Positions 49,246-60,896 of a stretch of 64,000 nt of DNA are shown one piece after another. The first letter of the stretch is position 1. The number at the start of each line of letters is the position of its first letter. The translations under genes were made by a program, and so were the position numbers. The stretch is from Azolla caroliniana (lineage: Eukaryota; Plantae; Polypodiophyta): NCBI GenBank assembly GCA_043228905.1, contig JBHGNT010000003.1, positions 23,932,001 through 23,996,000 of the forward strand, read 5' to 3'. The notes beneath the pieces are model-generated. The model saw only the letters and a list, made by a program, of their open reading frames with translations. It was not told the origin of the DNA and did no database searches.

Positions 49246-52200
49246 TTATTGAGAGAGACTTAGCCCAATATTTTTGCAACAATTCCAATGTTTAATACTT
49301 GGAACTGGCTTTGTTAAGAAATCGGCCCACATGTCTTGAGTAGGGGTATAGTTGATGTCGAGGTTATGTTCTTCGACCAATTTTGTTATAAAGCCTAATT
49401 CAGTACACTGTTCCAAAAGAATAGGGTGGAGCTGATCTGAAGGAGATGTGATAGCGGGACTCTTACTTTCAGCCACGTTGGCAGTAGTATCGTCATCTGT
49501 TGCAGCGTCATCAGCACCAGACACATCATGTGCCGTCCTTAATCCACAAGATTCTACAATAACATGGCAGCTATTTAGGATAGCTAATTAGCTACTTTAC
49601 TAAACTATGGTAGAAGCTAGGATAGCTAATTAGCTAGTACGATAGCTAATTAGCTACTTTACTCAACTATGGTAGTAGCTAGGATAGCTAATTAGCTACT
49701 TTCTCAACTATGTAGTAGCTAGGATAGCTAATTAATTAGTTACTTTACTCAACTATGGTAGTAGCTAGGATAGCTAATTAGCTACTTTACTCAACTATGG
49801 TAGTAGCTAGGATAGCTAATTAGCTACTTTACTAACTATGGTAGTAGCTAGGATAGCTAATTAGCTAGTAGGATAGCTAATTAGCTACAATGAAAGCTAA
49901 TTAGCGACTTTCTCAACTATGTAGTAGCTAGGATAGCTTATTAGCTACTAGGATAGCTAATTAGCTGCCAGTAGCTAATTAGCTACTAGGATAGCTTATT
50001 AGCTACTTTCTCAACTATGTAGTAGCTAGGATAGCTTATTAGCTACTAGGATAGCTTATTAGCTACTTTACACAACTATGGCAGTAGCTAATTAGCTACT
50101 ATGATAGCTAATTAGTTGCTAGTAGCTAATTAGCTAGTAGGATAGCTAATTAGCTTTTTTACACAACTATGGTACTAACTAATTAGCTAGTACCATAGCT
50201 AATTAGCTACTAGGATAGCTAATTAGATGCTAGTAGCTAATTAGCTACTTTACACAACTATGGCAGTAGCTAATTAGTTACTAGGATAGCTAATTAGTTG
50301 CCAGTAGCTAATTAGCTAGTAGGATAGCTAATTAGCTTTTTTACACAACTATGGTACTAGCTAATTAGCTGCCAGTAGCTAATTAGTAGGATAGCTAATT
50401 AGAAAAGACTAAGCTTATTAGCTACAATATGGTATACCTGTTAGTTTTCTCCACTCATTTGGTAGAGTTGTACTGCAATCTCCCAAACAGAATGCAGCAA
50501 TTCGACAGGCATGTTGAAAACAAAGCAGATGGTATGTGTGGTTGCATGGTTGTAGGTGAACGAACAAAGACGCAGTTTTGTCCTCCACACCTAACCCGCA
50601 AGCGATGCAACGTGCTTGAACTGTCAATAAATCATTTTCTGGTTCTACTTCATTTGGTAAGGGAGCAAGAATGTTCAGGTCCAAATCCTGTCTGGTCCTT
50701 ACCATTCCCTCCACAAAATGTAGCTGCTTCTTAAGGCAGCTAACTACCTGTTCTTGATGAATGTATTGTTCCTTCAACGCAACAGAGAAATTTACCGATT
50801 AATTATTCTTGTTGTTGAAAGATACACCAACTTTGCTCAGGAATCGTTAACTTACTTGAAGCTTATCCAAATTGTAATTTGCAACAGTATTTACACCTAG
50901 AAGGTCCAAGTTCATTGAAAGAACCTGGATCTCTATTTGCAGTTCTATTTTACGCTGGGGATCCAGTGGGCCCTCTAATTCAAGCTCCTATTGCGCAACC
51001 TATTCCAGATAATGCTTGATTAGCACACTTTACCCGTTATTTATAACACAATCACATACCAGCAAAACAATAGTTACCTGAATCTTATTTCTAATTGTTG
51101 TAACAACGGAAGTAACTTTGCTCTCCATTGCAGAAGCCATTGTGGCTTTCTCTAAATCAGTCTTAAAAAATGCCAATGTCTCACAGGCTTCATGGACATT
51201 TTTTAGCATATAGCTAACCAATGTCTCACCTGTATCATCGACATTGGCTTTCCTTGGGTGTCGGTGTGGTGTATGCCCCCGGTCTTGCTGGGAGTCAACA
51301 GTTGCATCAACAGTTGCCATGCTCCAAAATCTGTCTATTTTTTGTGCCAAGGTTCCCATCTTTCGGCATCTTTTTACCGATGCCTCACCATAGACTGCCC
51401 AAGCTACCCTATACATTTCAGGGTCTCTGGATTCCTTCGTTGTTTTGCAGTACTCATATGCAAATGCTCTAGCAAATGAAACTGACAACTCATTGTTAAC
51501 TGGGATCTCCTGATGAACTTTCTGGTGCAGTCTCATGCAGTCATCGTACAAGTCGGCTCGTACATGCTTCAGCTTGACCTTGCCTTTGACTCTAGGCACT
51601 ATATATACTGTCATCCAGTCTACATCACTGATCAATTTATCACTTAGGACAGCAGGGTCAACACCCTCGAGTGACAGACCATAGGTGTTGTGGAAGTCCT
51701 CCTTTGTCTCGCAAAATTTTGCAAAGTTTAGCACTCTCGTATACGGAGGAACAAGCCATCTGAAATATCATTTCAGAAATCAGAAATAGTGCAAAATCAG
51801 AATATGTGAGAATCAGAAACCCCAATCAACAACAACAAAAATGGTGCAAAATCTTTAACTTAGCAAATCAGAAACCCTAATCATAATTTGTATTCAGAAA
51901 TTTGAAGAAACCCTAATCAAAATCTGTAATCAGAAGTTTGAAATCAGAAACCCTAATCAAAATCTGTAATCAGAAAATTGTAACCAGAAACCTTATTCAT
52001 AAATTTATAATCTAAAACCCTAATCAGAAATTTCAATCAAAAACCCTAATCAGAAATTTCAATCAAAAACCCTAATCAGAAATTTCAATCACAAACCCTA
52101 ATCAGAAATCCTAAACAGAAATTTATAAACAAAAACCCTATTCAGAAATTCTAATCAGAAATTCTAATCTGTAATCAAAATTTGTAACCAGAAACCCTAT

Positions 52201-52436
52201 TTAGAAATTCTAATCAGAAATTTATAATAAAAAACCCTAATCAGAAATTTCAATCAGAAACCCTAATCAGAAATTTCAATCACAAACCCTAATCAGAAAT
52301 TCTAATCAGAAATTTATAAACAAAAACCCTAATCAGAAATTTCAATCAGAAACCCCAATCATCCCAAAAGACAGGATTAAACACACAAAAAAGTAATATA
52401 AACACACCTGTTGCTACTCCCCGATTTGCGACACAT
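49246..52436 (-). CDS. Predicted spliced gene or pseudogene of unknown function with a RING-H2-like finger; exons 52436-52408, 51759-51078, 50987(or 50999)-50856, 50771-50438, 49553-49246
   Basis: GT..AG junctions with matching phases (2,0,0,1) link three separate ORFs into about 494 aa. C-x2-C-x17-C-x-H-x2-H-x2-C-x10-C-x3-C at 50609-50475. Confidence 0.6.
49570..50425. repeat. Array of the palindrome TAGCTAATTAGCTA (more than 20 copies) with TTTACTCAACTATGGTAG linkers
   Basis: Directly visible; the same motif recurs at about 52830-52885. Confidence 0.95.
51770..52360. repeat. Telobox-containing tandem repeat (AAACCCTAATCAGAAATTTCAATC-like, ~23-bp period)
   Basis: Repeated AAACCCTAATCAG alternating with AAATTT(C/A)(A/T)AATC. 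Confidence 0.92.
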
Positions 52437-54039
52437 CCTTGTATGGGACTCCAAGGACTTCACCCTATTCGATTTTGGGGAAATATGAATCGGCACCAAA
52501 GTTCAGACAGTAGTCAAAAAGAAAAAACAAATGTTTGGGGTTTCTGTAACTGAAACATACCTAGACGATGATCGAGCGGGTTTTGTGTTGTAGCTCTCAA
52601 TCTGCAATGTCGATTTTCTGCTGTTGCGGGAGCTACGTCTGCGTTCGTGCTTTGAGTACTCCATCTGCGTTCAAAATCAGACTTAGGCTAAACAGGAAAT
52701 TGATGACATTGAAGTCGACCTTAGATGATGGTGCTATTCCCCAAGTTCCACTACGTCTGAAACAGAAGTTCAAATATTTGAATTTTTTCATAAATTAGTT
52801 TTTCAAATATTTGATTTTCCCACAAAAAAGACTAGCTAAACAAATAGCTAATTAGCTATGGCCATTTTAGTAGCTAATTAGCTATAATAGTGTTTCCACT
52901 CGCATGCTTCTACCCTATAAGGTACATCCTTCATTTCGGAAATTTCTCGTTCATTTTTAGGAGAATTATCATTTGAAAGTTTACTTGGAGAGGTAAGAGG
53001 CGTACTATAGAGCATATCAAATCTTTGGAGAATAGAATTAATATAATTTGATTGTGATAAAGAGATAGTATGATTTGTTCTATTTTAAGTTATTTTGATG
53101 CCTAGAAAATGTGTCATAGGGCCTAAATCGGTAATAGGAAAGACATATGCAAGTTCCTTCTTTGCAATAGTTAGATAAGATTTAGAATTAGAGATCAAGG
53201 GCAAATCATCAACATAGACACCTGTGATAACAAAATTGGATTTGGCTTTTCTAACGTAGATATTTGGCTCATTGTTTAGACGATGATATCCAACTTTTAT
53301 AAGAAAAGAGTGTAGTTTGTGACATCATATGCATGGAGATTGCTTAAGGCCATAAATAGATTTACGAAGTCGACAAACATGTGTCGAATGACTTGGATCT
53401 TCAAAAAATTGTGGTTTTTGTAAATAAAGTTCTTCATCTAAACCTCCATGAAGAAAAGACGTTTGTACATCCAAGTGATGCAACTCTAGATCATGTTGAG
53501 CGGCAAGAGGAACGAGCATTCAAAAACCACATATTTTTAGCATTGGACTAAATGTATCTTGAAAATCAATGCCTGGTACTTGAGAAAATCCTCGAGCAAC
53601 AACACGAGCCTTGAAGCAAATTGGATTGCCATTTCCATCTCACTTCATGCGTAATACCCATTTAGAACCAATTATATGACAATCTTTTGGATGCTTAACA
53701 AGGGTCCACGTACCATTTTTAATTGAAGCCTTCATTTCTTCCTCCATAGCCTTTCTCCATTTGATAGAATCCGATCCGGAAAGTGCATCTTTGGCTGATA
53801 GATTTGTGTCATCACTAAGGATTGGAAGATCTTCTTCTTGTATATAAGCTTCATGGTCCAAGTCCACAAAATGTGCTTCCATTTTATCAAGTTGTTCATA
53901 AATACTATTTAGAGAACTATACTTTGGAGGTGTATATCATGAATATATAAGCATCATGGCTTCACTTGGGCTTGAACCCAAGACCTTGTAATACATAATC
54001 AAGAACCCAAGACCTTGTAATACATGGTTTCTTGAATCA

Positions 54040-54268
54040 AGTGCGGTTGGTAATCTAAATGCATCCCACGAGTTATCCGACAGATGCATCACAAGTCGAG
54101 TTAGTGGGCACCTTATTGACTGGCATAGCGTTGTCATGGTTTGCTCCATTACTAGAGACAAATTCTCCTCTACTGCATAATTTCGAGGAGTTTGTCAAAG
54201 AATGTAAGGTTTGCTTCAGAGATACAAATGGGGCAAGAACGGCAATCAACAAGATTCGTACACTACGT
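54040..54268 (+). mobile_element. Ty3/Gypsy retrotransposon gag (capsid) fragment, cut by Gypsy G1
   Basis: HPTSYPTDASQVELVGTLLTGIALSWFAPLLE..SPLLHNFEEFV..F.D..A..KIRTLR is a typical Retrotrans_gag sequence. Confidence 0.7.
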
Positions 54269-54327
54269 TGTCGCGTTGTTACGCGCGTGCGTGTAGAAAG
54301 AGGCGGGACCACAGGGGTCTCGGACCA

Positions 54328-54369
<42 letters not shown>

Positions 54370-57300
54370 CAAGTACACAGAGATAGATCAAGAGCAATGA
54401 AAACAGGAATATGACTACTATAGACAACAGCTTACAACCGACAACCCGATAATGGACCCGACACGGGGTCCAACTCACGCACACCGATGACAGCCACACG
54501 ACTCGAAGAAACCAAGGGGAAAGGGGAAGGAGAGAGAGTCTGTTGGAAGCACACGGGCTATCCACGAAGCAGAGGCAGCGAACTCTCGACACCCGCAGAG
54601 AACAACGATTTCAAGAGGAGAGAGAGAGAGGTCCTCGGTTCTCCAGCAGCACTCCGTCCTCGCCAACGCGCCCCCTTTTCTCTTCCTTCTCTCCTCTTCT
54701 TAAATAGTTCCCCCCCAAAAAAGGGTGCCCCTTTCCCTAGTTAAATCGCTTTATTCCCTGTTCCTTCTGATAGAGATATGCACAATCCCCCCCCTAATAA
54801 ATGTGCACTACTTAGTATTTACATCAGTTGATCCATTTATGAATCAACATCAAAATATCAATTCATGCGTCCATTCGTGTAAGAGCCAGTTCATGCGCCT
54901 TTTTGCCCGAATCCGCCTATGGCCGGTTTTCTTCGCGACATCCGCCCCCACCAAACCGCGCATCCACCGGCATGCACTAGAGACGGGTAGATACCGAAGA
55001 AAACCGGCTTCAGTCGGCGCTCTCCGATTCTTTGTCGGGCCCGAACTGATCGTCGTCGTCGCTCTCGTTCACGCCCTCTGGGTGCGGCTCGTCCTCGAAC
55101 CGCTTCTTGAACGCTTTGATCCGCTTCCCGGCCACCAGTACTGCTAGTCATGTCCCGTCAAGTTCTGCGAGGTGGTACGTGCCGTTGTCGTTCGCGCTCG
55201 TCATCGTGTAGGGCCCGAACCATCTCCTAGCGAACTTTCGCACTGCCTTGTGCTGATTGTCGAGGTTGTTGTCGTATACCAAGACCCAGTCGCCTTCCTC
55301 GATCTTCTTTGGTCACAACCAGTGCGTCCGGTTGAACCGGGTCTTGTTCCGCTCCCTTGCCGCTCGCAGCTTTTCCTTCGCCTGTTTCACGTCCTCCGGC
55401 CTCCGCTCGAGTTGTCGAATCCGCGCTGCCAACAACTCCTCCCGGCTCATTTCGTTCTTCCAATCTACCGCCGCCCATGAAGAAACCGTCTGTTCCACCG
55501 GCATGATTGGCTTCTGTCCGTACATCAGTTCTACCGGCATAAACCCTGTCACCGAACTGTGCGTAGTTCGGATCGCCCATAGTGCGTAAGGGAGGAGCCG
55601 CGGCCAATTCTCGACCTGCCCTCCGCATGCACGCACCAATGCCTTTACGATCGGCCCGTGCCCACGTTCTACCTTTCCGTTCGCCTCCGGATTGTACGCC
55701 GTAGTGAGGGAGAGTTTGACGCCTAGCCGGTCGAACAACTGCTCAGCTTCCCGCGCATCCAGCTCTCCCCGGTCCGCCACGATCCTCCCGACGCACCCAT
55801 ACCGACACACTACCTCTTCGATCAGGAATCGGCATACTACCGCGGTTGTCTTGTTCTGTAGTGCACGGCCTTCCACCTGGTTCGTTAAGTCTTCCCGTGC
55901 AAGCACCAGGTATCGCATCTGTCCTACTCCCATCGGCATCGTCACCAAGTCCACCATCCACTTGAAATGGACCGTAGGCGGGTAGGTCGGGTGTAGCTCG
56001 TCCCAGTGTCGGACTGTGGAGTACATCTGACAGCTTTCGCAAATCGTTACGAATCGATGCACGTCCTGGTACAGCCCCGGCCACCAGTACTTCTCCTTCA
56101 GCTTCTCAAACGTGGCCCACGTTCCACGGTGTCTGGCCCAGGGACTCTCGTGAAATGCCGCCAGTAGTTCCTCCTGTTCTTCTTTCTTTGTCACTACTCG
56201 GAGTGGGATGTCGTTTCTCTTCTTTGGGTGGCTCCATATGCCTTCTTCCGTACCCGCCTCGCCTCTTCTCTCGTCCATGCTGCGTCCGGCGTCATCGTCC
56301 GTAGGAACCTCCCGATTTGGAGCCACTCCCCGTCGTACCTGCTTTCGTCAAATTCGTTAAGCGCCGGAGTGTCCCTTTCCCTCGTCGCTACGTTAGCCGA
56401 CCCAAGAAGTCCTCGCCGACTTCTTCGTCATCCGAAACCATGTCGTCTTCATCGTTGAACCTTGCTCTCGAAAGCATGTCGGCCATGGCGTTATCCTTTC
56501 CGGAGATGTGTCGTATCTCCAGGTTCAGGGACTTAATGTACGCTATCCACCGGAGCATTGCTAGGTCCGGCATCACGCATCCGGAAACCATGCCGAGTAT
56601 CGGCAGGCAGTCTGTCTCGATGATTACCTCCGTCCCGATTAGATAGTCCTTGTCGGCCTTGACTCTCGAAACGACACCCCAAAGCTCGCGCTTAACTTGG
56701 GCGTATCCTCGTTGCCGCTCGCTCAATACCTTCGCCCCGAACCAGATCGGTAATCTACGCCGTCCTTGTCCTCCTGACTGATTACCCACCCGATCCTGGT
56801 TGGGCTGGTGTCCACCATCACGCAAATGGGGACATCCTTGCCGTAAACCGCTTTACGGAGATCCGATGCAACCGTAAGCGCCCCCTTTAGTCTCCGTACC
56901 GGCTCCGTGTGCTCTGTTCTCCACTCAAAGTTATGCCCCTTTTTCAATAGTCCGTAGAGGGGTTCCGCGACATGTGTGTAGTGCGGGATCCAGATGTGGT
57001 AGAACGCGCATGCACCCAAGAATTTGCGAACCTCCATGACCGACCCGTAATCGTCCCTCATCGCTGAGATGGCCTCCACCTTTGCCGGAGACGGTTTCCT
57101 ACCGTAGGGACCGCATAGGTGTCTGACCACCAAGATCTCCGACTGCCCGAACGCCGATTTTTCTCCAGAGAAGGTGAGTCGTGCGTTTTCGAGCTTCTGC
57201 AGCACCTTCTCGCAGTCGTTAATGTGGTTCACGACGAACCTCCGACATCCGTTTGGCCCGACAGTCTCGTCCGAGTCATCCACCGAACACCCCTTTATCA

Positions 57301-60107
57301 GGATGTCGTCCAAAAATGGCATGGTGATGCCCGGGATGAAGTCCCTGAGCACCTTGTTCATTGCGTTCACCATATGCGCCACCGAATTTGTTCCGCCTTG
57401 TGGTAGGGTGCACATTCGTACCAGGTCCAGAGGAGTTCGCATCGTCGTTATATCCCTGCTCTCCATGGCTAGCTGGAACTGGTCGTACCCCGAGTATAAG
57501 TCACCGATCGAATAGATCGACCTTCCAGCGAAGGCCTCCGCGAACTCGTCTATGGTCGGGCCGATTCCTGCATTACGGACGGTCACCCTATTGACCGGTT
57601 GTAGGTCCTGAATGAAGCGCAGCGTACCGTTCCTCTTCGGCACCGTAAACCACCGATTCGAATACGGGGCACTCGACGGTTCGAGGATGCCCATCTCCAC
57701 CTTTTGCTTCAGAAGCTCCATTAACTTCGGGATGTGAGCTCTCGGCACCGGAATCAGTTTGAGATTCCACGGTACATGCGGTACCGTTGTCGAGGTATTC
57801 CTCGCGGATGTGTGGAATGAGGCGAGACCTCAGGGGTCCTGTACCGAAGAGTAAGAGAAAAAAAGAAGAGACCCACTACGTGCGAGCGTAGATTCGCAGG
57901 GACACGGCCCTTCGACGCAAAGACGCGAATGGGACAGCGACACAGAAGACACGAAAGTATGTATGTATTGACAAGACAAACAACTAGAACACGAAGACAA
58001 CAAACACGAAGTCGGTTACAACCGAACAGGCTGGCGAACAGATGCCGATACCTGCTCGTAAACGCACAGAGGGGAAAGAGTAGGTTGGAGGTGCTGCCGG
58101 AAGCACTCGGGCATTCCTTAGAGCAGCGCGAGCCTCCCGAAACCTGCACAGAAGGAAGCTATGGCGTTTGCAACCGAAAAGAGAGAGAGAGAGAGAAGCC
58201 TTCGCACGCAAACCGACAGCACTTCGTCCTCGACTCTCCGCGATCCCTCTACCCTCCTCGTCTCCCTCCTTTTATAGGCAAGGAAGGAGCCGTTTCCCCT
58301 TCACTCCCTACCTACCGAATCTACCTAGGATCTCCTATGTACAACTTAAGGCGCACGTGCATGAAGAGTCGGTTTCTACGCTCCGGTGCACCGATTCCAC
58401 TCGTGGACGGTTTTCTTCACGACACCGTGAAGATCACCATCAGTTCGACGATCGTCACGCACCCGATCTCCTCCAGCGAGAATGGGAAGGCTTTCCCATG
58501 CCTTTCGAGCATTTTCCGAAACCTGTCCTCCTCCGTCGGTAGTAGAAAGCCACCCCCACCGACCTTGAGCTCCTGTAGCATTATGTCGGTGAACCGGTGC
58601 CCTATGCCAACCGGATTCCGTAAACTGGGGTCCAACGCGACCGCTTTTATCCGCTCCTCGCTGCCTTCCGGCAAGGGTGCTGCGATTGGCCCACAGTCTT
58701 GTACTTTGTATCCACGCGGACCGTCCGATCCGACCCGATCCTTTCCCCGAAGTCCGTGATGACTTCGTACATTCCCATCGAACCTACCGGAACGGTCCGG
58801 TCTTCTCTAAGGTCTTCACCGATCACCTTTCGCAACTCGCCCAAGGTGTTGTCAAAAGAGACCGCCTCCACGGTGCCGCTGATGTCTTAATCGGGGAAGA
58901 GGACTCTGCATCCCCTGAGCCGCTCGCTTCCTTTCCCGGCCGTTGACGCCGGCCATAGTACAACCTCCGTTGTCAGAGAACCAAAATTTCCTACCTATGG
59001 TACAAGTCTTCTTCCGTACTGTACATTTGTGGGGTTTTTCCCGGGTGTCCGGACTATCGCGGCCCCACGCCTTGATAGCCCTCTTTAAAAATCCCCTCGG
59101 GTTTCGCCGCCGAAGGCCTCGCGGTTACGCTCATGGTTTGGTCGCACCGTCAGGAACTGGATCGAGTGACGCCCGTCCTGGCTCTTGACTCTTGCATAGG
59201 CCGAACCGTTGTCCAGCACCTTGGTCTCCATCCGTGCCGCCGTGATGTATGGCTCTCCTAGTATAACCGGATGCGAGGACGTCTCCTGCACGGAGAAGTG
59301 TTGGTCGATCTCGACATCGTTGATTTTCACCCGTACGTTCGGACAGGCCCCATGTAGTTCTTCTGTGGCGCGCGTTGTTGCCCATATTTTCCAGCCGTGC
59401 TTGGTGTTGATCGGCCATTTACCCCTCTTGTAGAAATCCATGGACATCAGGTTGATTTCGGATCCCTGGTCTACCAACGGCACCACCGGTTCCGGAACGT
59501 TGCCGATCCGTATAGGGGTTTCCGTTGTTTCCCTGGCCCAATGCGGCTTCGTGTAGTGGCTTCCCGCCAACTCGTCTTCTAGGGCCACGTCTTCCAACCC
59601 TAAACCCTGGCCCAATGCGGCTTCGTGTAGTGGCTTCCCGCCAACTCGTCTTCTAGGGTCGCGCCTTCCAAGTGCATGATCCGCACCTCCACCGGTTTCT
59701 CCTGTTCCGGCTCTGTTGAGAGCCTCTTCCACTTCACCAAGTTTACGATGGAGTCGTGGAACTCCCTCCTAGCGATTCCCAGCACCTCCCGCAACGACAG
59801 CTCCACTTTACTGTCGAGGATATGTTCCTCCGGGACCTTTCGCAGGTCTGTGGTCCTTTCGATTTCGGTGCTCAACCGAAACCCTGCTTGCTTCTTTCCG
59901 TCTGGCGCGCCTGGGTTGCCGGCACCGGTCGGTTTCGGTCTGAACCGGGTCTCATACCTCTGTGGGGGACCGACCCCTCCGGCCTTTCCTGCCTGTTTGT
60001 CTTCCACCAGAACCTCGTAGTTCTGGCAAGCGGTTTCTACGAAGCCCGTTTTCTCTTTGACCGGATCGTCCCAACCGGTGACCTCCTGGACCCGCTGTTC
60101 CGCGCGG
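54269..60107 (-). mobile_element. GC-rich Ty3/Gypsy element G1 (3' LTR 54269-54940; degenerate INT, RNase H, RT, PR and gag end)
   Basis: LTR TGTCGCG...CGCGACA followed by PPT TGGGGGCGGA (- strand). KWMVDL, ADRGEL, EANGKVER integrase; PFLDD RT; VDQGSEIN protease. Many frameshifts. Confidence 0.9.
57788..58424 (-). mobile_element. Solo LTR of a related Gypsy family, inserted in G1 RT
   Basis: TGTCG...CGGTTTTCTTCACGACA termini. 4-bp TSD CCGT. The uninterrupted site GTACCGTGAA is seen in G2 at about 63691. Confidence 0.88.
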
Positions 60108-60896
60108 TGTCGGGGTTGCTACGCCCTTGCGTGTAGAAAGGAGGAGGGACCACGGGGGTCTCGAACCGAAGAGCAAGAGAGAGAGGAGAAAGAGAGAGAG
60201 ACCCGATTACACAGAACCGAAGATCCGATTGCGCAGAACCGACGATTGCACAGGGACACGACCCAACAAACAGAGATCCCAAATAAACGCCGACGCAGAT
60301 GGACGCAACAACGAGAGATATGTACTTATGAATGCAAGAAAATAACAGACTAAAGTATTACAACCCACGGTGGGGCACAAAATATATACTAACGAAAACG
60401 AACAGGGCGGCGAACAGCTGCCGACCCCTGTATGTCGCGACGCACAGAAAGGGAAAACAGGTCGGAGGTGTTGCAGGACGCACTCGGGGCGTTCCACGGA
60501 ACAGCGCAAGCCTCCTCGAAACCTGCACAGGTACGCGATGGAGCGGAAGACAGAGAGAGCAGGAGTGAGAGAGAAGCTCCGAAATCGGTTCGGCAGCACT
60601 TCGTCCTCTCCGCGGGAGATGCCCCACTTCTATTCTTCCTCTTCCTTTTATAGCCCGTCAAGAGGCCGTTTGGCATTAACTGCATACCAACCGAATCTAC
60701 CCACCTAGGATCCTCGTATGTACCTACTTCGTCCTTAGGTACTTCTTGGCGCGCGTGTGTGTGTAGAGCCGTTTCCCACGCCTTGTTCCTCCGATTCCTC
60801 TTGTGGGCGGTTTTCTTCATGACATCCGCCCCCACCTAACCGCGCATCCACCGGCATGCGCCAAATTAAGTTGGCACGGAGAAAACCGGCCCGCCT

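Larger units (their letters stand above)
48966..53930 (-). mobile_element. Degenerate Ty1/Copia element 4 (3' LTR 48966-49214, RNase H tail about 49246-49393, RT remnants about 52915-53900)
   Basis: TGAAA..TTTCA LTR with adjacent PPT (CCCCCCCTT on + strand); MWADFLTKP; EMKDVPYR; LDVQTSFLHG..KSIYGLKQSP; KWRKAMEEEM..NGTWTLV..IGSKWV. Confidence 0.82.

Noticed and set aside
51770-52360. Interstitial telomere
   Set aside because: AAACCCTA units are interleaved with other sequence in a ~23-bp period, not contiguous (CCCTAAA)n.
54781-54795. Possible LTR end and PPT (CACA-ATCCCCCCCC) for G1
   Set aside because: Comparison with the solo LTR and the G2 LTR places the true end at CGCGACA 54940.
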